Origin: Candidatus Buchananbacteria bacterium
GTDB lineage: Bacteria > Patescibacteriota > Patescibacteriia > 2-01-FULL-39-33
Length of the DNA stretch: 64,000 bases
Direction: 5' to 3'
Assembly (NCBI GenBank): GCA_041666945.1
Contig: JBAYFY010000003.1
Location: 7,392 to 71,391, forward strand
In this document: positions 40,303 through 50,485 of the stretch, in pieces
How the letters are laid out: every line of letters begins with the position of its first letter
Position numbering within the stretch: the stretch's first letter is position 1
Program-made: the position numbers and the translations under genes
Notes under the pieces: generated by a model
The model's database searches: none
What the model was told of the DNA's origin: nothing
What the model saw: only the letters and a program-made list of their open reading frames with translations

Positions 40303-40737
40303 CTACAAAAATTTAGCCCAATAAACGAACGGGCCATAATTTTCCAAACCGCCGTATTGGGAACAGGCGTTTAACATCAAAGAGTTGCCGGGATTCACAA
40401 AAAAACAGGCCGAGTTCGCCCCTTTTCGCCTTAATCTTTCCAAAGCTTCCTCCGCCAGAATCTTACCGATTCCCCGGTGACGATACTGTGGCAATACTCC
40501 CAAACGATAAACGTAAGAAATGTAGAAATCAAAAATAATCACCACGGCGCCAACAATTCTGCCCCCTGATTTAACTACTATTATGGATTCGGGATCTTGT
40601 TGGATTTTTTTTCTAAGCGATTCGCGCTTATCGCATTCGCCGTAAAATAAACCGCATTCCTCCCAAACAGCTTTGACTTCATCAAAATCCTCGTCAATAT
40701 AATTAACGACGGTTATCTGCGGTTCCGTATTTGGCAT
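40303..40737 (-). CDS. GNAT acetyltransferase
   Basis: LGVLPQYRHRGIGKIL (motif A); AGGAGG SD. Confidence 0.88.
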   Translation of the reverse strand: MPNTEPQITVVNYIDEDFDEVKAVWEECGLFYGECDKRESLRKKIQQDPESIIVVKSGGRIVGAVVIIFDFYISYVYRLGVLPQYRHRGIGKILAEEALERLRRKGANSACFFVNPGNSLMLNACSQYGGLENYGPFVYWAKFL

Positions 40738-40828
40738 TACTTGTTTCCTCCTTCTTAATTTTTTTCAATTGGCAAAGTGCTGAAAAGACACTAAAATATT
40801 ATATCAAAACAGCGCGAGAGTCAAACGA

Positions 40829-41023
40829 TTAATCTTCAAATTCAAACAGTTTGTCGATTTTGGTCTTGAGTGTTTGGGCGACTCTATGCGCCAATTCCAG
40901 TGACGGATTATATTTCCCTTGTTCCAGAAACACGATCGTTTCCCGCCTGACGCCGACGATTTCCGCCAACTCCTCCTGCGTTAAGCCGAACTTGGCGCGT
41001 AATTCTTTGATGTGATTTTTCAT
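40829..41023 (-). CDS. XRE-family HTH transcriptional regulator
   Basis: MKNHIKELR...[32 protein letters not shown]. Confidence 0.93.
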   Translation of the reverse strand: MKNHIKELRAKFGLTQEELAEIVGVRRETIVFLEQGKYNPSLELAHRVAQTLKTKIDKLFEFED

Positions 41024-41034
41024 ATTGGCGCTGT

Positions 41035-41580
41035 TTATTTGCATTCCGTTTTCGGAGCGGGAAAATCCGGCTGGCCGTGCTTGACCCATTCGCCGTTCTG
41101 GCACAGCCAGTTGTCTTCGCCGGAAAACAGGCGCAAAGCGAACACGGCTAAAACCAAAAACAGAATAACGATCAAAACGATATAAAGCGATTTCTTATCG
41201 GTCAATTTTATTTTATTGTAATAGCGATAAATCACGCTGTAAAGCAACATCAGCAAACAGGTGGAAAAAGCCAAAACGATGGCGATCGGCTCGTAAGCCG
41301 GATTAATGTCCCGCAGAGCATAAAAAATAAACATGGCGATTGTCGCCGTCCAGGCATAGATTTGAATCGCCCACAAAGCCGCCCGGCCGCCGGTCAGGTA
41401 ATCCCTTTCATCGGCGATAACCTCTTTGACCTGCCGCCGCAAATACATCAAGACCAAAGAAGCGACGATTAAAACGGCGATCGGCAGAATATAATTTTTA
41501 AAAATAATCGCCTGGCTGAAAACAATCGCCAAAATGACGACCGTTCCCAATCTGATTTGCTGGTAACGTTTAAGAGTCAT
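41035..41580 (-). CDS. DUF2178-like membrane protein
   Basis: Multi-TM with VIADERD motif; typical partner of a small XRE regulator; C-terminal [16 protein letters not shown]. Confidence 0.75.
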   Translation of the reverse strand: MTLKRYQQIRLGTVVILAIVFSQAIIFKNYILPIAVLIVASLVLMYLRRQVKEVIADERDYLTGGRAALWAIQIYAWTATIAMFIFYALRDINPAYEPIAIVLAFSTCLLMLLYSVIYRYYNKIKLTDKKSLYIVLIVILFLVLAVFALRLFSGEDNWLCQNGEWVKHGQPDFPAPKTECK

Positions 41581-41634
41581 AATTATTTCTCCTTTCCTGC
41601 GGCTGCCAGGGGGCCTAAGAGCGGCCGCGATAAT

Positions 41635-41698
41635 TAATGTTAGATTTATATAACTATAGTCATGCCTTAATGTTATATTATTCTAACATTATTGTCAA
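41635..41698 (-). promoter_or_regulatory. Promoter with tandem palindromic operators (probable XRE autoregulation)
   Basis: TAATGTTA-N8-TAACATTA at 41668-41691 and a degenerate copy at 41635-41658; minus-strand TTGACA at 41693-41698. Confidence 0.6.
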
Positions 41699-41890
41699 GG
41701 GGTATTTTATTTTGGCTTAATTTAAATGAAGTTGGCCCCGCCGCCAGGCGGTCGGAGTACCCGCCTACCGGCAAGCAGGTGCGAAGGACTTCCAATAAAA
41801 AAGGACTCGGATATTTATCGCCGCAAAGCGGTAAATCTCCAAGTCCAAGTCCTATTAACATCCAAGGTGTTTATCCAGATGTTTAATGCG

Positions 41891-42886
41891 CTAACACGCC
41901 GGAGCGAAACCCACAGCCGAGCCGAAATATCTTTCCGGCGTACTGACGAATCTTTCGAAGAATCGGACTACCCATTTCGAAGAACCGAGAACGCAAAAAA
42001 AAGATGCTGACTTGCAAAAATCAATCCGCGTTTCCAGCGGCGTATCGCAAGGACGAGTGTGATTATAATTATAAGGCGAGCATTCGGTGCCGGCGCAATC
42101 AATGCCCAAACAGCCGTATTGGCTGACAAGATCAGGATGAGTCAGCAAAGCGGCGGCCATAACATAATGGCATAAACCGAATTCATTCGCTTCATCATTC
42201 GCTTCATCTTCAAAACGGCGCCGGGCATGCCGGATACTGGCTCCGCGCCATCGCATGCCGAAATTAACCGGGATCACTAAATAATCGCCGGGCAGGTATG
42301 CTTCCATCTGGCCCAGAAAACCGCGAGTCCTGGCAGTGGGACGAAAACAGCCGTCATACTCCACTTCGTCACAGCAATTGCCCTCAAGAGGCAGCGACTT
42401 CTGAAGCAACCGAAACAATTCTTTCGCCGCCTTATAATAACCGCCCAGACAGGAAAACTTCGGCACAACAAGATCAAGCTCAAGCTTCTGGGGCAACGGC
42501 CGTTCCTCAAGATGCCGGTTTCCGGTAAGGCCAAGAATATGGGAGGCGTCTAAATCCCTGGTCAAATCCAGTTGGCGCCAAAAATCAAGCTGTTCTTCCA
42601 CCGAGCGGCGCCGAAAATCACTGGGGTAGACGCGGCTTGATTCCACCCGTTCCCTGGCATAAGGCAGTTTATCGGCATTGGGATCTTCATAACGCCCCTC
42701 AATCAAATCCTGCAACGGCTTCTTAATCCGTTTAGGATCAATGGTTCCCTCTCTAATGCGACGATGCAAATCTTCCGTTTGGTCAAAAATTCTTAGCCGG
42801 GCTACTTCCCGTTCAAGATAATTAATCGTCTCGTCCGCCGCTTTCAGCCGTTGCGCTTTTTCGTCTGCGACATTTTTTTCTGTCAT
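41891..42886 (-). CDS. Hypothetical protein, putative C-type-lectin-fold DGR-target family; paralogue of 50486-51346
   Basis: Start MTEKNV with AAGGAG SD; shares LPYA.ERV.SS..YP..FR, PGDY.V.P..FG.RW.GASIRHAR, EFGLC.Y....LLTHPD and GS...FAP.C with its paralogue. Confidence 0.7.
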   Translation of the reverse strand: MTEKNVADEKAQRLKAADETINYLEREVARLRIFDQTEDLHRRIREGTIDPKRIKKPLQDLIEGRYEDPNADKLPYARERVESSRVYPSDFRRRSVEEQLDFWRQLDLTRDLDASHILGLTGNRHLEERPLPQKLELDLVVPKFSCLGGYYKAAKELFRLLQKSLPLEGNCCDEVEYDGCFRPTARTRGFLGQMEAYLPGDYLVIPVNFGMRWRGASIRHARRRFEDEANDEANEFGLCHYVMAAALLTHPDLVSQYGCLGIDCAGTECSPYNYNHTRPCDTPLETRIDFCKSASFFCVLGSSKWVVRFFERFVSTPERYFGSAVGFAPAC

Positions 42887-43059
42887 GACGAATTCTCCTT
42901 TGTCAAAGTCCTTGCCCTGTTGGCACTGCGCCGCTTGGGCCAAGCGAAATCCCAACCATTGGGATATCAAATAATGATATCAGGCCAGACAAATTTTGTC
43001 AAAGACCGCGGTTTGGCGGTTTAATTGAAAAAGCGACCGTGGCCGGCCGCTTCTTCTGG

Positions 43060-46000
43060 CTAATTAATTTTTTCAATCTTTATCTTCACTTTTTCGCCAT
43101 TGATGTTAACCGGCTTGGCGTCGCTGTCCGCTTCCGCGATTTCCTGGGTGAGGGTGGATTTTTTCAGTTCTGCGTTAAGCGCCGGATCGGCCAGGACTTT
43201 TTTCACTATTTCTCCTTCGCTTTGCCAGCTTAATCTGATTCTGTCTTTAATGGTCAAGCCGGCGTCCTTGCGCAAAGTGTTGATCGTCCTGACCAATTCG
43301 CGCCAAGCGCCTTCAATTTTCAACTCATCGGTCAATTTGGTGTCCAAGTCAATTTTAATTTCCGTCCCGCCGGCAAATTCCAAATTCTTAAGGTTCAGTT
43401 TGTCTTTAATCAAATTTATGAGTTGCTGTTTATACGATTCTTCGGCTAACGCCAGACCGTAAACCGTGGCCTGATTAAGCGGCTGCCTGATTTTTATCTT
43501 GGCCTCGGCTCGGGCGGACAAACCCATCTCTTCTATGGTAGCGACTAAGCTCATTTGCTCCTTCAATTTGTTGCTGGCGTCTGTTGCTTCCCGGCTGCCG
43601 TAAAATTCCTCATCAACCTGCGGCCAGGTCTCCAAATGAACCGATTCCAGTTTGCCGCCGATCTGCTTGTAAACATATTCGGCGATAAAAGGCGTGAAAG
43701 GCGCCATGACTTTGGATAATTCCATCAGAACGAAGCGGAAGGTGGCGATGGCTTGACGCTTGTCCGTTTCATCGTCGCCTTTCAGGCGGTCGCGCGACGA
43801 TTGCAGCCAGCGAGTGGAAAATTCATCTATAAATTCGGCCAGTGGGCGGGTGGCGCGCGGCAAATCATACGCTTCCATGTTTTTGGTCACCTCCAAAATC
43901 AATAAATTCAATTTTACCAGCAGCCATTTATCCAAAATATTTACGCTGTCGGCCGCTAACGACGCCGTCGGTTCCGAGGCCTCGTACAGCTTATAAAAAC
44001 TCAAAATATTGTTCAAAAGCATAGTAACTTTCTGCATCGCTTCCTTGACGCCGTCATCGGAAAAATTCAAATTCTCCGCGGCCATGACCGGCGCGGTCAA
44101 AAGATAGAAACGCAAAGCGTCGGCGCCGTACTTGTCCATGATGATTTTAGGTTCGGTGTAGTTCAGTAAATGCTTGGACATCTTTTTGCCGTCTTCGGCC
44201 AGAACGATGCCGTTGACGATGACGTTTTTAAACGCCTCGCCGCCTCTGATGGCCGCGGCAATGATATGCAAATAATAAAACCAGGCGCGCGTCTGATCTA
44301 CGCCTTCGGCGATAAACTGCGCCGGAAAGCCGGCCAGGAATTTTTCCTGATTGGCAAACGGGTAGTGCTGTTGGGCGTAAGGCATGGAACCGGAATCAAA
44401 CCAGGTATCCAGCACATCGGGAATCCTCGTCATCTTTTGGCCGCATTTGGGGCAGACGATTTGCCATTGATCCACGAAATGTTTGTGCAAATCGGTTATT
44501 TTCTGTTTTATCTCCAGCACTTGCCCTTTATCCAAAGCTAGTTCTTTGAAAGTCCGGCTCGGCTCGTAACCGTAAAGCTTGCCCAAAAGCGACCTGATCG
44601 CATCTTCATGGCTGACTAACAGGATATTCTTGCCTTTGTGCTTCTCATTCAATTCTTGGTATAGAGCCAGCATTCTTTCGGTCACCTGCCTGACGCTTTC
44701 GCCGCCGGGATAAGCCGCATCCCAATTGTCTTTCCATTTGGCGATAAACTCCCGGGCTCCGGCATCAATATCGGATTGCTCTTCCAGTCCGCCGGCGTTG
44801 AGTTCGTTCAGGCGGGAATCAAAAACCAATTCCGCGCCCGTGGCCGCGGCAATAATTTGCGCCGTTTCCTTGGCGCGCAACACTTCGGAAGAAACAATCA
44901 GATTAATTTTTTTGTCTTGCAGTCCGCTGGCGGCCGCTTGGATTTGCTTTTGGCCGGCGGCTGTCAAAGGATGGATGTTTAAGCCGCTGCTGAACACGTG
45001 CTTGATATTTTTTTCCGCTTCGCCGTGCCTGATGGCGAAAAAATTATTCCGATCTATTTTCAATTCTTCCAGTTCGGCCACGCTGCCGATGACTTTAATC
45101 TCGCCGCACTGGCAACGCCATAAAGGAATGACGCTGGCCCAGAAACGCTGGCGGGAAATCGACCAGTCGCGCGCGCCCAAAAGCCACTTGCCGAAACGGC
45201 CTTCCTTGATATGCGCCGGCGACCAATTAATTCCCTTAGCGGTCTCTAAGGCCTTCGGCTTGATATCCGTCACCTTGACAAACCATGAATCGGTGGCGTA
45301 GTTAATGAGCGGCGTATCGCAACGCCAGCAATGCGGATAGCTGTGCTCGTATTCGGCACTGGCAAAAAGCAGATTATTTTTGTCCAAATATTCAATGACT
45401 TTTTTGTCGGTCGCTTTGGTGTCTCCTGCCGGTTTGACGTTCAGGCCGGAAAAATCCGCGACTTCATCTTTAAAATTGCCGCTGAACGTAACATTCTGGA
45501 TCATGGGCAGGTTTTTCTCTCGGCCCAGTTGCATGTCCTCTTCGCCGTAAGCCGGAGCGATATGCACTACGCCCGTGCCGTCCTCGGTGGTCACGAAATT
45601 CGCTGATACGATAGTATACAAATTATCTTTATTAGGCAGATCCTTATCTAAATAATATGGGAATAATGGTTTGTATTTTTTACCAACTAATTCTGAACCT
45701 TTAAATTCTTTTACAATTTTATATTCTTGATTACCAAAAACTTTTTCTAATAATGCTTTTGCTAAAATCAACTGGATTCCCGCCTGCGCGGGAATGACGA
45801 TGGACACATAATCAACGTCCTCACCCACTGCGAGCGCCACATTGCCGGGCAAAGTCCAAGGCGTAGTGGTCCAAGCCAAAACAAAAGTATTGTCATTAGT
45901 AACAAAATCGCCGATTTTCTGTCCCGCCGCCAATTTAAATTTAGCGGTAACCGACAAATCCTTGATATCCTTGTAGCCCTCGCTGACTTCCTGCTGGCTT

Positions 46001-46563
46001 AAAGTCGTTTCGCATCTCGGACAAATATGCATGGATTTGTAACCTTGGTAAATCAAGCCCTTGTCGTATAATTCCTTAAACACCCACCAGATTGATTCCA
46101 TGTAAGGCAAATCCATGGTTTTGTAAGAGTCGGCCATATCCGCCCAACGTCCGAAACGGGCGATGGTTTTCTTCCATTCCTCAACATAGACCAAAACTTT
46201 GCTGCGGCAATACTCATTGAATTTGCCGATGCCGTAATCCTCAATATCTTTTTTGCTTTTGAATCCCAATTCCTTCTCCACGATATTTTCAATCGGCAAG
46301 CCGTGGCAATCCCAGCCCCAGCGGCGTTCCACGTAACGACCGCGCATCGTCCAGAATCTTGGCACCGCGTCCTTCATCAAGCTGGCCACCATGTTGCCGT
46401 AGTGCGGCGTGCCCGTGGCAAAGGGCGGGCCGTCGTAAAAGCTGTGGGCCTCGCCGTCTTTTGTCTGCTCCAGCGATTTCTCAAAAATCTTGTTATCGGC
46501 CCAAAATTTTTGGATTTCCCGTTCTCTTTCCGGAATCGGATTAATCCACTTCTTTTCTTCCAT
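43060..46563 (-). CDS. ileS: Isoleucine--tRNA ligase (type 2) with inserted histidine-phosphatase domain
   Basis: FYDGPPFATGTPHYGN, WDCHGLP, WTTTPWTLP, KMSK; RHGEA...LNELNAG...VSH insert. Confidence 0.96.
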   Translation of the reverse strand: MEEKKWINPIPEREREIQKFWADNKIFEKSLEQTKDGEAHSFYDGPPFATGTPHYGNMVASLMKDAVPRFWTMRGRYVERRWGWDCHGLPIENIVEKELGFKSKKDIEDYGIGKFNEYCRSKVLVYVEEWKKTIARFGRWADMADSYKTMDLPYMESIWWVFKELYDKGLIYQGYKSMHICPRCETTLSQQEVSEGYKDIKDLSVTAKFKLAAGQKIGDFVTNDNTFVLAWTTTPWTLPGNVALAVGEDVDYVSIVIPAQAGIQLILAKALLEKVFGNQEYKIVKEFKGSELVGKKYKPLFPYYLDKDLPNKDNLYTIVSANFVTTEDGTGVVHIAPAYGEEDMQLGREKNLPMIQNVTFSGNFKDEVADFSGLNVKPAGDTKATDKKVIEYLDKNNLLFASAEYEHSYPHCWRCDTPLINYATDSWFVKVTDIKPKALETAKGINWSPAHIKEGRFGKWLLGARDWSISRQRFWASVIPLWRCQCGEIKVIGSVAELEELKIDRNNFFAIRHGEAEKNIKHVFSSGLNIHPLTAAGQKQIQAAASGLQDKKINLIVSSEVLRAKETAQIIAAATGAELVFDSRLNELNAGGLEEQSDIDAGAREFIAKWKDNWDAAYPGGESVRQVTERMLALYQELNEKHKGKNILLVSHEDAIRSLLGKLYGYEPSRTFKELALDKGQVLEIKQKITDLHKHFVDQWQIVCPKCGQKMTRIPDVLDTWFDSGSMPYAQQHYPFANQEKFLAGFPAQFIAEGVDQTRAWFYYLHIIAAAIRGGEAFKNVIVNGIVLAEDGKKMSKHLLNYTEPKIIMDKYGADALRFYLLTAPVMAAENLNFSDDGVKEAMQKVTMLLNNILSFYKLYEASEPTASLAADSVNILDKWLLVKLNLLILEVTKNMEAYDLPRATRPLAEFIDEFSTRWLQSSRDRLKGDDETDKRQAIATFRFVLMELSKVMAPFTPFIAEYVYKQIGGKLESVHLETWPQVDEEFYGSREATDASNKLKEQMSLVATIEEMGLSARAEAKIKIRQPLNQATVYGLALAEESYKQQLINLIKDKLNLKNLEFAGGTEIKIDLDTKLTDELKIEGAWRELVRTINTLRKDAGLTIKDRIRLSWQSEGEIVKKVLADPALNAELKKSTLTQEIAEADSDAKPVNINGEKVKIKIEKIN

Positions 46564-46579
46564 ATAATTAAAATTATTA

Positions 46580-46742
46580 AAACAAAAAAACACCAAACTG
46601 GTTTCTCCGGAGCCCTCGCGGGCGGTACCATCTCGGTGTTTAACTTAATTCCAGCTGTTACGGGCTGACCGGCCGGTTTTACTTTCCGCTTCAAGCGAAT
46701 TTCTTCCGGCAGCTCCAATGGTGATGACCATCGTCAAGCGCT
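46580..46742 (-). ncRNA. T-box riboswitch (Ile) with ultrashort Stem I
   Basis: Minus strand: GCTTGACGATGGTC-ATC-ACCATTGGAGC (AUC in the loop), Stem II CCGGAAGAA...AGTAAAACCGG, IIA/B CGGTCAGCCCGTAACAGCTG, T-box AGATGGTACCGC, then a U-tract; directly upstream of ileS. Confidence 0.88.
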
Positions 46743-46838
46743 GTTATAGTTTGTGCTTGAACTATAACACGGGCCAAGGAAAAAATCAAGTAAAATAAAA
46801 AGACGCTTTTAACTTAAAGCGCCTTTTGCCGGAATGAA

Positions 46839-47036
46839 TTATTCCTGCCAAGAAATCGCCTGTGTCGGGCAAGCGCCGATGGCTTCGTCAATCTTGGCTT
46901 TTTCCGCTTCATAATCGGCTTCTAATACGGTAGCGATCATCTTGCCTTCAACTTCCGCCACTTTAAAAACTGCCGGGCAAATGGCTTCGCAAGTGCCGCA
47001 AGCGATGCACGCTTCGCTGACTGATGGTTTTGACAT
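46839..47036 (-). CDS. Monocluster ferredoxin
   Basis: CIACGTCEAICP...ACPTQAI. Confidence 0.92.
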   Translation of the reverse strand: MSKPSVSEACIACGTCEAICPAVFKVAEVEGKMIATVLEADYEAEKAKIDEAIGACPTQAISWQE

Positions 47037-47046
47037 AGTAATTTTA

Positions 47047-47430
47047 TTATTTATTTTTGATGATCTCCTTGACTTTTTGCGACAAGGTCCCGGGAGTAAA
47101 ATCTGATTTGATCAGATAGCCGTTGACTTTCAACCCGGTCGCGCGTTCTTTATCTTTCTTCTGCGTCAAATTGCTCCAAATATAAACCTTGAGTTTGGCC
47201 AGTTCTTTGTCTTTTTTGATTTGTCCGAACAAATTCCAACCGTCCAATTCCGGCATCATAATATCCAACAAAACCAAATCCGGTTTGAACCGCTTAAGCT
47301 CCGTCAAGGCCTTGGTGCTGTCGCCGATAATAACCGTATCAATGCCTTCCATTTGCATCTTCATGCGATAAATCTCGGCTAAATCCGGCTCGTCTTCAAT
47401 GAGCGCGACTTTGTATTTTAATTCCGTCAT
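47047..47430 (-). CDS. Stand-alone CheY-like response regulator
   Basis: LIEDE, PDLVLLDIMMP, YLIKS. Confidence 0.92.
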   Translation of the reverse strand: MTELKYKVALIEDEPDLAEIYRMKMQMEGIDTVIIGDSTKALTELKRFKPDLVLLDIMMPELDGWNLFGQIKKDKELAKLKVYIWSNLTQKKDKERATGLKVNGYLIKSDFTPGTLSQKVKEIIKNK

Positions 47431-47474
47431 AAAATTAACTTTTGACTTTATGGACTTTTGACTTACTTATTATA

Positions 47475-49181
47475 CTACATTCGCTCCAAAGTTTCTATGC
47501 CCAAAATGTTCAAACCGTTGACCAGAACCTGCTTCACGCCGCCGATTAACGCCAAACGAGCCAGACGCAAATTCTCTTCCGAGTTCAATACTGGCACTTC
47601 CTGGTAATAACCGGCAAAAATTTTGGCGGTCTCAAACAAATATTTGCTTAAAACGCTGGGTTCAAATTCCCGCGCCGCTTCGCTTATCGTCTGCGGGAAT
47701 TGCGCCAGCTTTAACAACAGTTCTTTTTCCGCGCGCTCCTTTAACAACGAATAATCGGGGGCTTTGATCGCTAAGTCGTTTTTTCTTAAAATACTGTTGA
47801 TGCGGGTTACGGTATACTGCAAGTAGGGCCCGGAATAACCGTCAAAAGACAGGGCTTCGCTCGGATCAAAAACAATAACGCTATTTTTGCCCACTCTAAG
47901 CATGGAAAATTTGATAGCGGCCAAAGCGATTTTCTCCGCGGTTTCCGCCACTTCTTTCTCGCTCCAATCCTTATGGCGCTTGCCGGTTTCTTGGGAGGCC
48001 AAAGCGGTCATTTCGCGCAAAAAATCCTCAAACAAGACAACGTTGCCCTGGCGCGAAGACATGGCGCCTGCCGGCAAGGTAACGAATTCGTAAGCGATGT
48101 GCTTGACCTTCTTTTTAAAACCCATGATCTCCAAGGTTTTGAAAAATTGCTGGAAGTAAAAGCTCTGGCGGCTGTCCACCACCACATAAGAAGCGTCAAT
48201 TTTATATTTATCAAATTTCAGTTTGGCTAAAGCCAATTCCTTGGTGGAATAAAGCGAGGTGCCGTCGGACTTGAGCAATAAAAATTGCTTCAGGCCGTAT
48301 TGTTCCAAATCAATAATCACCGCGCCTTCGGATTTTTTGGCCACGCCTTGGGCCAATAATTCTTCCACGATTTTCTTGCCCGGTTTTTCCACTTCGCTCT
48401 CATAAAAAACCTTGTCAAACTTGACGCCTAAAATTTTGTAGATGCCGTTAAACTCTTCTAATGACCAAGTCCGCGTCTTTTTCCATAAGTTGGTCCAGTA
48501 TTTGTCGCCGGCTTCCAATTTATTCTGAACTTCTTGCGCTTCCTTTTTGTACTCCTCGTTCTCTTCCGCTTTTTGTACCGCTTCCGTATAGATCTTACCC
48601 AAATATTGGCCCTTGTGGCTGGCTGGTTCCGGTTCTCCTTGATGGAATTTATTCAGCGCCCATAGGCATTTGGCCACATGGCTGCCGATGTCTCCGATAT
48701 AATTGGCGGCAATGACTTTCTGCCCGGCCAAACGGTAAAGATTGACCAAAGCCGAGCCCAAAACCGCGTTGCGCAAATGGCCGACATGGAATTCTTTATG
48801 GGTATTGGGCTGGGAATATTCAATCATCACTTTTTCCTTCTCCCCAGCCAATCGGCCGTATTTTTCCTGTTTTTTGCCGATATCAGTTAACAAACCCTTG
48901 GCCAAATATTTTTCTTTAAGAAAAAAATTCAAATACGGGCCGAAATTCTGCGCCGATTTGACGCCGGCCGGCAATTTGATTTTATTCTTGATTTCCAAAG
49001 CCACTTGATTGGGCGAGATGCGCAAAAGCTTAGTCAAATAAAAACACGGTACGGCCCAGTCGCCCAGGGACGCTTCCGGCGGACGGGTAATCTCCAACTG
49101 GCTGATATCGATTTCCTGACCGACGGCTTTTTCAACGGCGGACAAGATTTCCTTTTGCAATTTGTCTATGAAATACGGCAT
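47475..49181 (-). CDS. argS: Arginine--tRNA ligase
   Basis: EYSQPNTHKEFHVGHLRN, MSSRQG, GPYLQY, C-terminal ERM. The start is trimmed to MPYFIDK. Confidence 0.96.
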   Translation of the reverse strand: MPYFIDKLQKEILSAVEKAVGQEIDISQLEITRPPEASLGDWAVPCFYLTKLLRISPNQVALEIKNKIKLPAGVKSAQNFGPYLNFFLKEKYLAKGLLTDIGKKQEKYGRLAGEKEKVMIEYSQPNTHKEFHVGHLRNAVLGSALVNLYRLAGQKVIAANYIGDIGSHVAKCLWALNKFHQGEPEPASHKGQYLGKIYTEAVQKAEENEEYKKEAQEVQNKLEAGDKYWTNLWKKTRTWSLEEFNGIYKILGVKFDKVFYESEVEKPGKKIVEELLAQGVAKKSEGAVIIDLEQYGLKQFLLLKSDGTSLYSTKELALAKLKFDKYKIDASYVVVDSRQSFYFQQFFKTLEIMGFKKKVKHIAYEFVTLPAGAMSSRQGNVVLFEDFLREMTALASQETGKRHKDWSEKEVAETAEKIALAAIKFSMLRVGKNSVIVFDPSEALSFDGYSGPYLQYTVTRINSILRKNDLAIKAPDYSLLKERAEKELLLKLAQFPQTISEAAREFEPSVLSKYLFETAKIFAGYYQEVPVLNSEENLRLARLALIGGVKQVLVNGLNILGIETLERM

Positions 49182-49304
49182 AGTCAATGGCTTTACCATA
49201 TCACAAAAAAGCAAAAATGGCAATGAAAAAGGCACTGATTTGTTCAGTGCCGGCAAAGTGCCAAAAATTATTCCGTCGCTTTTTTATTCGCGGCCCGGTA
49301 AGCG

Positions 49305-50048
49305 CTAATCGGTTAGGGGCGATTCCAACACATCAAGAATTTCCAAAATTCTCAAACCGATTCGTTCGCTTCGGCATTGGCCAAGCCACAACCTGATCGC
49401 GGCTACGCCGAGCAAGAGCTCTATTTGCGACTTAGCGTCTTTTACAAAAATGAATTTATCCGTCGAAGGAGCGGCGAAATCCGGAGTTAAACCGGGTAGC
49501 GGAATACATTCGGGGATTATTTTTTCTTCTTCTTTGCAACCGAATGAAAAATGGTGTGACAGGGGCAAGAACCATTTTGTGCCGCCAATCAGCAATCCAC
49601 CCGGACACAAACAGCCGATCTTGATCTGGTAAACGAAAACCTCGGGCCAACGCAACGGGTTGGGAGAACACATGGAATCAAAAAACATACCGCCGTCAAA
49701 ATTAAAACGGCCCAAAAATGAACCGGGATTTTCTTCAATGCCGGTTTGCGCCAACATTACCGGTTGGCAGTCATGCTCTTTAAGACGTCTTTCCAACTGG
49801 AGCAAAGAATGTTCAAGTTCTCCGCCGTCATGGCGCCAAGCAATAAGATCTTTTTGAGTAACCATGAAATCCAAAATTCTGTCACCCAAGGTTTCGCCGG
49901 CTCTAACGCGTTGAGTCAGCTGTTCGCCCAGCTCCCGTTGAATCTTGCGAAAGCCGTCAATACGGAATTGCAAGTTTCTGACATACCGGTCGTGCCTTTC
50001 AATTTCCGTCAATAAATCCTTTACGTCCCGGACTGGATTGGTATCCAT
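49305..50048 (-). CDS. Hypothetical protein with N-terminal coiled coil
   Basis: 247-aa ORF with AAGGAG SD; no motif recognised. Confidence 0.6.
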   Translation of the reverse strand: MDTNPVRDVKDLLTEIERHDRYVRNLQFRIDGFRKIQRELGEQLTQRVRAGETLGDRILDFMVTQKDLIAWRHDGGELEHSLLQLERRLKEHDCQPVMLAQTGIEENPGSFLGRFNFDGGMFFDSMCSPNPLRWPEVFVYQIKIGCLCPGGLLIGGTKWFLPLSHHFSFGCKEEEKIIPECIPLPGLTPDFAAPSTDKFIFVKDAKSQIELLLGVAAIRLWLGQCRSERIGLRILEILDVLESPLTD

Positions 50049-50485
50049 GGCACTTCTCCTTGTAAGTTGTTCAGAGTAAGTTGTTCAGAACCGATTAATT
50101 GCAAAGCTGAATTTATTAAGCGATTTTTAATGTCCTTCAATAGTTTATTTTAATACCGGCCGATTCTAAAGTCAAGGGCTAAATTTGCAGATGGATTAAT
50201 AACGCCAAAAATTTGTCAAATCTTTACTGATTTCATTGGCCCGACAATGACTTAAAAGCCCCAAATAAGATTGCTGGCTCTGTTTTAATGATTTTCCGGG
50301 CATTTCTCCGCCCTCAAAAACAGCGGTTTTAAAAAGCAAAGATTTCGGCGACTAGAATTTTTAAATAATCCCAATGCATTATCCTAATTTCAAAATTATA
50401 ATAACATATCTGAAATTTTAAGTAAAAATAAAAAGGGCTTGAACTTCAAGAATCAAAAAGATTAAAGAAGTCCAAGCCGCAAGAA

